DNA of 64,000 nucleotides. Origin: an uncultured delta proteobacterium. Lineage in GTDB: Bacteria; Desulfobacterota; Binatia; UBA9968. Position numbers and translations under genes: made by a program. The notes below the pieces were generated by a model, which did not search any database, was not told where the DNA came from, and worked only from the letters and a program-made list of their open reading frames with translations. Positions 26,040 through 35,324 of the stretch are shown here, piece by piece. The stretch's first letter is position 1, and each line of letters begins with the position of its first letter. Where the stretch lies: NCBI GenBank assembly GCA_963816145.1, contig CAWFJP010000011.1, positions 320,001-384,000 on the forward strand, in the 5' to 3' direction.

Positions 26040-27125
26040 ATGCCAAACAAGATCTTAATCGTCGACGACGAGCCGTTTAATCTCGATCTGCTCGAACAGG
26101 AGCTGATGGAGTACGACTATGTGCTCGAGCGCGCTACGGATGGGGTGGACGCGCTGGAGAAGGCCGACCGTTTCGCTCCGGACATCATTCTGCTCGACTA
26201 CATGATGCCGAAGATGAACGGTCTCGAGGTCGTCAAAGCGCTGCGCCAGAGCGAGCGCCACAAGAGCGTGCCGGTCATTCTCCTAACCGCCAAAGCGACC
26301 CAGGAAGACAAGGTCGCCGGCCTCGACGCCGGCGCCGATGACTATGTCACCAAGCCGTTCGATTCCTTCGAGCTGCTGGCGCGGGTGCGCGCAATGCTGC
26401 GCATCAAAGAGCTGCATGACCAGCTGGAAGAGTGGAACCGCACCCTGGCCGACAAAGTTCGGACACAGGTGGAAGAGATTCAACACATGGGGCGGCTCAA
26501 GCGCTATCTGTCGCCACAGATCGCTGAGTCCATCTTGCGCAACGACGAGGATTTATTCAAAACCCATCGTCGTGAGATAACCATCGTATTTCTCGACCTG
26601 CGCGGCTTCACGGCGTTCTCAGACAACGCCGAACCCGAGGAGGTCATGGACTTTCTCCGCGACTATCATGCCGAGATGGGCAAGCTGATTTTCAAATTCG
26701 AAGGCACGCTGGAACGTTTTGTCGGCGACGGCATCGTGGTGATCTTCAACGATCCGCTGCCCTGCGAAGACCATGGCCACAAAGCCGTCAGCATGGCGAT
26801 CGAAATGCGCGACCGGGTCAAAGAACTGCGCGTCGCATGGATCAAAAAGGGTTACCACCTCGATCTCGGCGTCGGCTTAGCGACCGGCTACGCAACTCTG
26901 GGTACCATCGGCTTCGAGGGACGCATGGATTACAGCAGCGTCGGCAATTTGCCCAACCTCGCGGCGCGCATGTGCGCCGAGGCCAAGGGTGGCCAGATCC
27001 TCACGGATCAAAAAACCATGAGCCGGCTGGACGATGCGTTCGACAGCGAAGCGTTTGAAGAGTTTCAGTTGAAGGGACTAAGCCGGCCGGTGAAAGTTTT
27101 TAACATCGTCGGCATGAAGGAGTAG
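26040..27125 (+). CDS. Response regulator receiver - class III adenylate/guanylate cyclase
   Basis: REC domain, coiled coil, LKRYLSPQIA, TIVFLDLRGFT, FVGDG, VGNLPNLAARMC, LKG..RPV. Confidence 0.93.
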   Translation: MPNKILIVDDEPFNLDLLEQELMEYDYVLERATDGVDALEKADRFAPDIILLDYMMPKMNGLEVVKALRQSERHKSVPVILLTAKATQEDKVAGLDAGADDYVTKPFDSFELLARVRAMLRIKELHDQLEEWNRTLADKVRTQVEEIQHMGRLKRYLSPQIAESILRNDEDLFKTHRREITIVFLDLRGFTAFSDNAEPEEVMDFLRDYHAEMGKLIFKFEGTLERFVGDGIVVIFNDPLPCEDHGHKAVSMAIEMRDRVKELRVAWIKKGYHLDLGVGLATGYATLGTIGFEGRMDYSSVGNLPNLAARMCAEAKGGQILTDQKTMSRLDDAFDSEAFEEFQLKGLSRPVKVFNIVGMKE

Positions 27126-27480
27126 GAACCACCAAGCGGTAAATAGGTTATCCATCGCGACGGACAAGAAAGTACGAAAGTCTACCAGCCAAGGCGCGCT
27201 TTGTCTTTCCGACTTCCCAACGCAGAAATCCTATTCCCCATCGTGAATCGTTTTTCCCAGCACGAGGTGACGTCAAACGAGTGATCGTATTTCAAAAATA
27301 AGTCCTCAACTCCGTCGCGTCGCGCTCTCACAACGCGCCACGAGGCATAATTCTCAGAATAAAACGCTGCGCTGTTAGTCTATCGCTCATAGTTCTGCAC
27401 AAACTCCATCAATGGCATGTTATTCCAGCCGGCAAGGAATCTAAAAAAATTAAAAAAAATTCTAGAATGTTATTTTTTTC

Positions 27481-27510
27481 TTGACATACCATTCATTGTG
27501 TCACTATACT
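27481..27510 (+). promoter_or_regulatory. Strong sigma70-type promoter with upstream A/T tracts
   Basis: TTGACA-N18-TATACT preceded by A7/A8 and T7 tracts (UP-element-like). Confidence 0.8.
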
Positions 27511-27624
27511 CGCGACAGATACAAAATATGGGAGGGTTATCGATAGTAAACTGTCTTCGCCTGAGTCAAGTTTGAAATCCTATCAAGAAAATGCCCGCCC
27601 GTTTAATCTTACAAGGAGGTGCTT

Positions 27625-27672
27625 ATGGCTGCTAAGAAAAAAGCCAAAAAGAAAGCCAAAAAGAAAAAGTAG
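27625..27672 (+). CDS. 15-aa Lys/Ala-rich microprotein MAAKKKAKKKAKKKK
   Basis: Perfect SD AAGGAGGT 4 nt before ATG; own promoter and terminator; below the ORF-track length cutoff. Confidence 0.75.
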   Translation: MAAKKKAKKKAKKKK

Positions 27673-27751
27673 TTAATTGAGTGGTGGGGTGGTGGTGGTA
27701 TAAACCCTCCTAACTCTCAGGCGACCAGATAACCGTTCTGGTTATCTATCA

Positions 27752-27794
27752 CAGAAAGCCCTCCGGAAATGTTTCGGGGGGCTTTCTGCTTTTA
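27752..27794 (+). terminator. Rho-independent terminator
   Basis: CAGAAAGCCCTCCGGA-aatgt-TTCGGGGGGCTTTCTG followed by CTTTT. Confidence 0.8.
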
Positions 27795-27960
27795 ATAAAC
27801 CCGGTATTCATCCACTCTAGCCATCTCAGAACATAATATCGGCAGAGTAATTGTCGAAGAGTTCCCCCTGCGACTGCCAGTGCGAACCCTTTTACCGCAC
27901 CGCCAGTTACATCAGAGACTGTATTGCGTCGCTTTGAGCAGTTCGTTAGAGTTGTTGGCA

Positions 27961-28536
27961 ATGACAAAGACACCTCGTCCGAAATTATTGTTAGCTTTTT
28001 GCCTGGTCCAGCTGTTATTTCTCGGATCGAGACTGTCAGCAAACGGCGCTGAGTCGACAACCAAAGTCGACTACAAAAAAATGGTGCCGATTCTCACGCC
28101 GATGAAAGAGGTCGCACCGACACCGGAATTCAATCTCGCCACACCCGACGGTAAAAAGATTTCCTTGCGCGACTTTCGCGGCAAGATCGTCATGTTGAAT
28201 TTCTGGGCCACTTGGTGCGTTCCTTGCCGGGAAGAGATGCCGGCGATGGAAAAGCTGTATCAAGAATTCAAGGACAAGAACTTTGTCATCCTCGCGGTGG
28301 CGGTCAAAGATCGCAAGCAAGACGCTATTGATTTCGTCAAAGAATTGAAACTGACCTATCCGATCGCTCTCGATCCAGAGGCGAAAGTTGGCCAAGAATA
28401 TGGCGCTTGGGGATTGCCCGCGACCTATCTCATCGGTCCCAAAGGCGAAGGACTGGCACGCGGCTGGGGACCCGCGGAGTGGTATGGTGCCGGCGCGCGC
28501 AAGCTGATCAGAGAATTGGTCGACGGCAAACGATGA
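27961..28536 (+). CDS. TlpA/ResA family thiol-disulfide oxidoreductase
   Basis: N-terminal hydrophobic segment, LNFWATWCVPCREEMP, GLPATYLI. Confidence 0.92.
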   Translation: MTKTPRPKLLLAFCLVQLLFLGSRLSANGAESTTKVDYKKMVPILTPMKEVAPTPEFNLATPDGKKISLRDFRGKIVMLNFWATWCVPCREEMPAMEKLYQEFKDKNFVILAVAVKDRKQDAIDFVKELKLTYPIALDPEAKVGQEYGAWGLPATYLIGPKGEGLARGWGPAEWYGAGARKLIRELVDGKR

Positions 28537-29270
28537 CCGACGTCAACGCCTTTGTCGCTTTTGCCGCCGGGATATTTTCCTTCCTCTCTCCTTGCGTGCT
28601 GCCACTGATCCCATCTTATCTTTCCTTCGTTTCGGGCGTTTCCCTCGAGGAGATGCGCAGCGAGCAGGCGCGCTCACAGGTACGTTGGCGCGTGGTGCTC
28701 AATTCGCTGGCGTTTATCTTGGGCTTCTCCTTGGTATTCGTCTCCCTGGGCGCCTCGGCGAGTTTTCTCGGCGGCCTGTTCATGGGCTACCGCAATGTCA
28801 TTCGCATCACCGGCGGCATTTTTATCTTGCTCGTCGGCCTCTATCTGGTCGGCGCTTTCAAGATCGCCGCACTCGATCGTTATTTGCAGTTCAATTTGAA
28901 GGACAAACCGGCCGGCTATCTCGGTTCGGTTCTCGTCGGCATCACCTTCGCTGTCGCCTGGACGCCTTGCGTCGGTCCAATCCTTGGCGCGACTTTGGCA
29001 CTGGCGAGCACCTCCGGAGAAGTCGGTCGTGGGACATTCTTATTGATGAGCTACGCCGCCGGGCTGGCCTTGCCGTTTTTCTTGAGCGCACTGGCGATCG
29101 ATTCGTTTTTTGAGTTCTCGCAGAAACTGCGCCGCTATATCCAAGCGATACATGTCATCGGCGGCATTCTTCTAATCGTCGTCGGCATCCTTTTGATCAC
29201 CGACTATATGACGTTTTTGAATGCCTACGTCCTCCGCTTCACCCCTACTTGGCTGCTGCAACGGCTCTAG
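28533..29270 (+). CDS. ccdA: Cytochrome c biogenesis protein CcdA (DsbD-beta-like)
   Basis: SFLSPCVLPLIP and WTPCVGPILG; ATGA overlap with the tlpA-like gene. Confidence 0.92.
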   Translation: MTDVNAFVAFAAGIFSFLSPCVLPLIPSYLSFVSGVSLEEMRSEQARSQVRWRVVLNSLAFILGFSLVFVSLGASASFLGGLFMGYRNVIRITGGIFILLVGLYLVGAFKIAALDRYLQFNLKDKPAGYLGSVLVGITFAVAWTPCVGPILGATLALASTSGEVGRGTFLLMSYAAGLALPFFLSALAIDSFFEFSQKLRRYIQAIHVIGGILLIVVGILLITDYMTFLNAYVLRFTPTWLLQRL

Positions 29271-29360
29271 CCGCCGGCTTGTTTGACCCACCACAGGCTA
29301 AATGTTAGTTTTTTTAGACTTTACTCCAAGCTGATCGTTCCCGCCCGTAGCGGAGCAACC

Positions 29361-29909
29361 ATGGAAGAACACATTCGGCAAATTCTCAAAGCCATCGGCG
29401 AAGACCCTGAGCGCGAAGGGTTGGTCAAAACCCCCCATCGCGTTGCTCAAGCATTGACCTTTCTCACCAAGGGTTATGACATGGACCCTGCGAAAGTGAT
29501 CAACGACGCGCTTTTCACCGAAGATTATGAAGAGATGATCGTGCAAAAAGACATCGATTTTTACTCTCTGTGCGAGCACCACATGCTGCCATTTTTCGGC
29601 AAGGCTCATGTTGCCTACATTCCGCATCATAAAATCGTCGGCATTTCCAAACTCGCCCGTCTGGTCGATGTCTACGCGCGGCGCTTGCAAGTCCAAGAGC
29701 GTATGACCAACCAAATCGCCACGACGATCATGGAAAAGCTCGACGCCCTGGGTGTCGCCGTCGTGCTCGAAGCCGAGCATTTGTGCATGCGCATGCGCGG
29801 CGTGGAAAAGCAGAACTCCTACGTGATCACCAGCAGCCTGCTCGGTGCCTTCCGCACCCGCCAGGAAACCCGCGCCGAGTTCATGAACCTGATCCGACGC
29901 AAGGATTGA
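29361..29909 (+). CDS. folE: GTP cyclohydrolase I
   Basis: [45 protein letters not shown]. Confidence 0.97.
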   Translation: MEEHIRQILKAIGEDPEREGLVKTPHRVAQALTFLTKGYDMDPAKVINDALFTEDYEEMIVQKDIDFYSLCEHHMLPFFGKAHVAYIPHHKIVGISKLARLVDVYARRLQVQERMTNQIATTIMEKLDALGVAVVLEAEHLCMRMRGVEKQNSYVITSSLLGAFRTRQETRAEFMNLIRRKD

Positions 29910-29923
29910 TCGAGAGCGCCATT

Positions 29924-31399
29924 ATGGAAATTCGTTTTCGCGATACTCTTGCCGACCGTATACGGTCCGACTTGGTCGTTATCCCTGTGCGCGATAAGCG
30001 GCTCGACGACCCAGTCATCCGTGCGCTCGACCGCCGTCTCAAAGGCCATCTGCGGGCGCGCATGAGCAAAAGCAACTTTACCGGTGCCGAAGGCAGTAGC
30101 TTGCTGCATCCAACCGCCGGCGTGCTGCCGGCGGCGTATCTGTTGCTACTTGGCATCGGCGCCGGCGATCCCAGCGGCGATACTTGGCGCAAGACCGGCG
30201 CCAAGGCGCGCAAAGAAGCCGGTGCCATCGGTGCCAATGAATTCGCCCTGCTCTTTGCCCCAGAAAAAGTTCCCGAGAGCGCCGCCGGGGCTATCGTCGA
30301 AGGCGCGGCGCTCGCCGGCTATCAGTTCAATAAATATCGATCGAACGGCAAGCCTGCCACGGAAGTAAGGTCGCTGACGCTGTTCCGCTCCGGCCTAAAG
30401 AAAACCGCCGCGCTGCAAAAGGCGGTGGATACGGCGCAATCCACCGCGCCCGGAGTATTCCTGGCGCGCGATTTGGTTAACGAACCGCCATCGGTGGCGA
30501 CCGCGAAATTTCTCGGCGCCCAAGCCCAGCGCGTCTGCCAGGGGCGTGGCCTGACGGTGGAAGTTTGGAACAAAAAGAAGATCGAAGCGATGAAGCTGGC
30601 CGGCCTGCTGGCGGTCAATCGCGGTAGCTTGGAAGAACCACGCTTCATTCGCATCCACTACCGTCCCACCGGCAAAGCGCGCAAGCGAGTTGCGCTCATC
30701 GGTAAAGGCATTACCTTCGATTCCGGCGGTCTATCGCTCAAACCGTCGAAATCCATGGAGACCATGAAGCTCGACATGGCCGGCGGCGCCGCAGTCATCG
30801 CGACCATGAGTTGCCTGCCCAAGCTCGGTCTCGATCTTGAAGTCACCGGCTACGTGCCGACCACCGACAACTTGCCGGGGCACAATGCCCAGAAGCCAGG
30901 CGATGTAATTCGTTATTTGAATGGAAAAACCATCGAAGTGCTGAATACCGATGCCGAGGGGCGCTTGATCTTAGCCGACGCGCTGGCGCTAGCGGCGCAG
31001 CAAAAGCCCGACTATATGATCAACTTGGCAACGTTGACCGGCGCCTGCATGACCGCCCTCGGCACCCAGGTCGCCGGCGTCTTTAGCAACCACCAACCTT
31101 TGGCCGATACTCTGTTGCGGTGCAGCCAGGAGGCGGGCGAAAAGTTGTGGCAATTACCACTGGTGAAAGAATACAAGGAGCTGATCAAAAGCGGCATCGC
31201 CGATATGAAAAACATCGGCGGCGCCCATGGCGGCGCCATCACCGCGGCGCTGATCCTGCAGGAATTCGTCGGCGATATCGCCTGGGCGCATCTCGACATC
31301 GCCGGACCGGCCTTTGCCGAAAGCGACACCCTGCTCTGTCCCAAGGGCGGCACCGGATTTGGTGTGCGTACGTTAATTAATTTCTTAATGAGTCTTTAA
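29924..31399 (+). CDS. pepA: Leucyl aminopeptidase (M17)
   Basis: GKGITFDSGG, MKLDMAG, NTDAEGRL, ATLTGA, WAHLDIAG. Confidence 0.95.
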   Translation: MEIRFRDTLADRIRSDLVVIPVRDKRLDDPVIRALDRRLKGHLRARMSKSNFTGAEGSSLLHPTAGVLPAAYLLLLGIGAGDPSGDTWRKTGAKARKEAGAIGANEFALLFAPEKVPESAAGAIVEGAALAGYQFNKYRSNGKPATEVRSLTLFRSGLKKTAALQKAVDTAQSTAPGVFLARDLVNEPPSVATAKFLGAQAQRVCQGRGLTVEVWNKKKIEAMKLAGLLAVNRGSLEEPRFIRIHYRPTGKARKRVALIGKGITFDSGGLSLKPSKSMETMKLDMAGGAAVIATMSCLPKLGLDLEVTGYVPTTDNLPGHNAQKPGDVIRYLNGKTIEVLNTDAEGRLILADALALAAQQKPDYMINLATLTGACMTALGTQVAGVFSNHQPLADTLLRCSQEAGEKLWQLPLVKEYKELIKSGIADMKNIGGAHGGAITAALILQEFVGDIAWAHLDIAGPAFAESDTLLCPKGGTGFGVRTLINFLMSL

Positions 31400-31409
31400 G
31401 GAGGCAATC

Positions 31410-31736
31410 GTGGCAAAAATTACTGAAGTGGGCGATAACAATTTCGAATCCGAGGTTCTCAAATCCACCGTGCCGGTGCTGGTCGACTTTTGGGCGCCCT
31501 GGTGCGGTCCGTGCAAAGCGATCGCGCCGATGGTCGAAGAAATCGCTGGCGAATACGACGGCAAGTTGAAAGTCACCAAACTTAACGTCGACGATCATCC
31601 TGCCACCGCGGCGAAGTATGGCATCCGTGGTATTCCGAATCTGATTATTCTAAAAGGCGGCGCGGTCAAAGAACAGATCGTTGGCGCGGTACCAAAAACC
31701 AAATTGGTCGCGGCCATCGATAAAGCCTTGCAGTAA
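31410..31736 (+). CDS. trxA: Thioredoxin
   Basis: DFWAPWCGPCK; SD AAGGAGG before GTG. Confidence 0.97.
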   Translation: MAKITEVGDNNFESEVLKSTVPVLVDFWAPWCGPCKAIAPMVEEIAGEYDGKLKVTKLNVDDHPATAAKYGIRGIPNLIILKGGAVKEQIVGAVPKTKLVAAIDKALQ

Positions 31737-31816
31737 ACCCGCAAGCTATTGCAAAATGGCTGGAGCGCTGGTCCGATGCCAGCCCTCCAGCATTCCGCTA
31801 ATCATCACTCGATTCT

Positions 31817-32920
31817 TCAGAAAACATAGCGCCGCATACTGACATTGATGATGACGCCGACGGCGAACATCATCGACGCCAGCGCCGAACCGCCGTAGCT
31901 CACCATCGGCAGCGGCACGCCGACCACCGGCATCACACCAGTCACCATCGACACGTTGATCACGACATGCCAGAAGACGATCGAGAGCATTCCGAACACC
32001 AAGAGCGCGCCAAATCGATCTTTAGCCCGCTGCACCACGCGTAGACAATAAGCGATCATAATCACGAACAGCAGCAAGAGTACCGCGCAGCCGACAAAGC
32101 CCCACTCCTCGGAAAACACCGCGAAAATAAAATCGGTGTGCTGCTCGGGTAAGAAATTCAAGCGGTTTTGCGTGCCATGGAGCCACCCCTTGCCGAATAG
32201 CTTGCCCGAGCCCACAGCAATCTGCGATTGGATCACATGATAGCCGGCACCCAAGGGGTCGCGGTCGGGATCGAGAAAAGTCAGGATGCGATTGCGTTGG
32301 TAGGTCTTGAGAAAGTGCCAGCCGATCGGCAAAAACCCGATACCCGCGGCGACCAGGTAAGAAAACGACCGTAGCCGCAAACCGCCCATCAGCACCATGC
32401 TTATGAAAACAATGCCGAGAATGATCGCCGTGCCCAGGTCGGGTTGAATCAAAGTCAATAGAATCAGCGGCGCGACGATGACAAACGGCACCCAGAGGTC
32501 GCGCAGATAGTATCCTTTGGCCGGCTCGTCGCTCTGAAAATATTTTGCCATAACCAAGACGATGGCGAGCTTGGCGGGTTCCGACGGTTGCAGCCGAAAG
32601 AAGCCGAGATTGATCCAGCGCTGTGAACCGCCGCCAGAATGACCAACGATGATGACGAGAACCAAGAGCAGCAGCATCAAGCCGTAGAACGGATAAGCCA
32701 GCCGATCGATGTAGTGATAGTCGAAGCTGATCGCCACGAACATCGCGATCAGCCCAAGTCCGAGCCAAGTGAACTGCCGCATCGGCAAGGCGCCGGCGTG
32801 GCCGGTGGCGAGATTATAATTGGCGCTATAGATCGTCGTGATACCGATAGCAACAAAGGACAGGACGAGCAGGAAGAGCGTCCAGTCGAAGTGCGAAATC
32901 AAACGCCGGTCAATCTGCAC
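31817..32920 (-). CDS. rodA: Rod shape-determining protein RodA (SEDS)
   Basis: QRWI, QPSE, QPDLGT, GYHVIQS, LPEQHTDFIF, SYGGS; GTG start 32920. Confidence 0.95.
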   Translation of the reverse strand: MQIDRRLISHFDWTLFLLVLSFVAIGITTIYSANYNLATGHAGALPMRQFTWLGLGLIAMFVAISFDYHYIDRLAYPFYGLMLLLLVLVIIVGHSGGGSQRWINLGFFRLQPSEPAKLAIVLVMAKYFQSDEPAKGYYLRDLWVPFVIVAPLILLTLIQPDLGTAIILGIVFISMVLMGGLRLRSFSYLVAAGIGFLPIGWHFLKTYQRNRILTFLDPDRDPLGAGYHVIQSQIAVGSGKLFGKGWLHGTQNRLNFLPEQHTDFIFAVFSEEWGFVGCAVLLLLFVIMIAYCLRVVQRAKDRFGALLVFGMLSIVFWHVVINVSMVTGVMPVVGVPLPMVSYGGSALASMMFAVGVIINVSMRRYVF

Positions 32921-34781
32921 GGCTTTCTCCCGGCGCCTGCACATGCTGCTTTTCAGCCGCCTGCTTCTGCAATTCGATGAACTTCTCGTAAACTTTCTTG
33001 GCCATCGGCGCCGCCGCATCACCGCCGTGGCCACCATGTTCGACCAGCACGGCGATCGCAACCTGCGGCGACTGCACCGGAGCGTAGGAAACAAACCAGG
33101 CGTGATCGCGGGCGAAGTGGCTTAGCTGTTCGGTTTTCACATAGCCGCCCTTCATTTCGACGACTTGAGCTGTGCCGGTCTTTCCGGCGACTTCGACGAT
33201 CGGCGACTTGGCCATGCCTCCGGTGCCGACTTTGACGACATCGGCAAGTGCCGCATGCACCCGGTTCAGAGTGTCAGGTTTGATGTCGATGGTGCGAATA
33301 AGTTCCGGGCCGAATTCACGCACGCTAGTGCCGTCGACCGATTCCACTTTGCTGACCAATCGCGGACGGTAGAGTTTGCCGCCATTGGCGACCGCAGCCA
33401 TCATATTGGCCATCTGCAAAGGCGTCACGGTCACATAACCTTGACCGATGGCAACCGACAAAGTTTCGCCGGGATACCAAGGTTGGCGGTACCGTTTCAT
33501 CTTCCAGGCCGAGTCGGGAATCGTGCCGTTCCGCTCATCGTCCAAGGCGATACCGGTTTTTTCACCGAGACCGAAGGCGCGCGCCCATTTGGCGATCTTA
33601 TCGACGCCCAACTTGGCGCCCAACTGGTAGTAATAAGTATCGCAGGATTCGACCAGCGATCGATGTAAATTCACCGCGCCATGGCCGCCCTGTTTCCAGT
33701 CGCGAAAGGCGCGATTGCCGAATTGAAAAAAACCCGGATCTGAAATACTGGCGTTGGGATCGACCACACCCTCTTCGAGACCAGCGATGAACATGACGAC
33801 TTTAAACGTCGAGCCCGGCGGGAATTGCCCCTGGGTCGCACGGTTGCTCAACGGCCGCAGCCGGTCCGTAATCAGCGCGTTCCATTCGTTGCCTTTGATG
33901 CCACGGGCAAAGACATTCGGATCGAAAGCCGGCGTACTGGCGAGCGCCAGAATCGCACCCGAGTTGACATCGATGGCGACGATGGTGCCTTCTTTGCCGT
34001 TGAGCGCTTCGTAGGCGGTCTGCTGCATCTGACGATCTAGGGTCAAATGTACGGTGTATCCGGGCACATCATTCACTTGGTGCAGCACGCGCACGCGCCG
34101 GCCGAGGGCGTCGACTTCCACCTGCTGGCCGCCATGCTGTCCACGTAAGACATCCTCCCAGTGCCGTTCAAGCCCGGACTGGCCGATCTCATCACCGACC
34201 AGGTAGCCCTGCTCTTTGTAGTTCTTCAACTGGCGCTGGTTGATCTCGCCCATGTAGCCCAAGATATGCGCAGCGATGGGACCGTCGGCATAACTGCGAC
34301 GCGGCCGGACGCGCAGGCTCACGCCGGGTAAATCGAGCTGGTAGGCCTCCACGGCTACCACCGCAGACCACTCGATATCTCGGCCCAAGACAATTTCATC
34401 GAAGGCGGACCGGCTTTTATTGTCTTCATAAGTCTGCAACATCTCGTCGACATCCCATGAAAGACGTCCGGCGAGTTCGCGCAAGGTCTTTTCCGGCTCC
34501 TTGGCATCTTCCGGAACGAAGATGAGATCGAAGGACGGACGGCTATCAACCAGCAACTCGCCATGACGGTCGTAGATCATGCCGCGGGTGCCGGGAACTC
34601 GCTTCAGCCGTACCCGATTGTTCTCCGACAGGAAGGTGTAACGTTCGCCTTGCACCAACTGCAAATGCACCAGGCGCGCGGTCAACCCGATGAACACGAT
34701 GGCGAGCAGCACATATAGATAGTTCGCGCGCCGGCGAATCTCCGGTGCGCCATCTTGTTTATTGATTTGCAGTGCCGCCAT
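32910..34781 (-). CDS. mrdA: Penicillin-binding protein 2
   Basis: RG.IYDR.G, PGSTFK (SxxK), SCD, KTGTAQ, DHAWF; located in the mre operon. Confidence 0.95.
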   Translation of the reverse strand: MAALQINKQDGAPEIRRRANYLYVLLAIVFIGLTARLVHLQLVQGERYTFLSENNRVRLKRVPGTRGMIYDRHGELLVDSRPSFDLIFVPEDAKEPEKTLRELAGRLSWDVDEMLQTYEDNKSRSAFDEIVLGRDIEWSAVVAVEAYQLDLPGVSLRVRPRRSYADGPIAAHILGYMGEINQRQLKNYKEQGYLVGDEIGQSGLERHWEDVLRGQHGGQQVEVDALGRRVRVLHQVNDVPGYTVHLTLDRQMQQTAYEALNGKEGTIVAIDVNSGAILALASTPAFDPNVFARGIKGNEWNALITDRLRPLSNRATQGQFPPGSTFKVVMFIAGLEEGVVDPNASISDPGFFQFGNRAFRDWKQGGHGAVNLHRSLVESCDTYYYQLGAKLGVDKIAKWARAFGLGEKTGIALDDERNGTIPDSAWKMKRYRQPWYPGETLSVAIGQGYVTVTPLQMANMMAAVANGGKLYRPRLVSKVESVDGTSVREFGPELIRTIDIKPDTLNRVHAALADVVKVGTGGMAKSPIVEVAGKTGTAQVVEMKGGYVKTEQLSHFARDHAWFVSYAPVQSPQVAIAVLVEHGGHGGDAAAPMAKKVYEKFIELQKQAAEKQHVQAPGESRAD

Positions 34782-34785
34782 CGCT

Positions 34786-35292
34786 TTATGGAGCTGCCGG
34801 TGTAAGTTTGTCGACGAAAATTTGACCGCGCCGTAACAGTGCGAAAACCAAAGGCGCGAGAAGCGCCGCCAGCAAAGCCTCCCAGAGCACGTAGCGAGCT
34901 GCGCCCGCCCAGAAACCGTCGACACTCAAAAAGATTGCCCAGATCAACACCATCGTCGCACCTTTGACCAGAGCTGCCAACAAAACCACCACGGAACTGA
35001 CGATCGGGTGATGCAACCAGATCGAGCGGGCGCATAGATAGACCGTTAAATACACGAGCGACATGGCAAAGGCGTTAAAGCCCAAGATCGGGCTTGAAGC
35101 GATATCGATGGAATAACCCAAAAGAAATGATCCGAACGCCGCACCGACGGACGGATGATAGAGGCCTAAGTATACGCATAGGACCAGGATCAAGTCGGGC
35201 ACCACCGGACCGATCGGCAGCAAGTGAAAGAGGGTCGTCTGCAAGACCACGAGAAATATCCCCGCGAAAAAAAACAGTAGGAACAGTTTCAT
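34786..35292 (-). CDS. mreD: Rod shape-determining protein MreD
   Basis: Hydrophobic, PDL.L motif, between mreC and mrdA. Confidence 0.85.
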   Translation of the reverse strand: MKLFLLFFFAGIFLVVLQTTLFHLLPIGPVVPDLILVLCVYLGLYHPSVGAAFGSFLLGYSIDIASSPILGFNAFAMSLVYLTVYLCARSIWLHHPIVSSVVVLLAALVKGATMVLIWAIFLSVDGFWAGAARYVLWEALLAALLAPLVFALLRRGQIFVDKLTPAAP

Positions 35293-35324
35293 GGGCGCAT
35301 CGTCCAGATTAGCGAATCGGCCGA

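Noticed and set aside
27126-27480. Possible tRNA or ncRNA in the AT-rich intergenic region
   Set aside because: No cloverleaf, T-loop (GTTCRA) context or known motif found by eye.
31757-31815. Degenerate 8-mer-like hairpin (tggagcgctgg...ccagccctcca) between trxA and rodA
   Set aside because: Short and degenerate; adequately explained as a bidirectional terminator-like stem.
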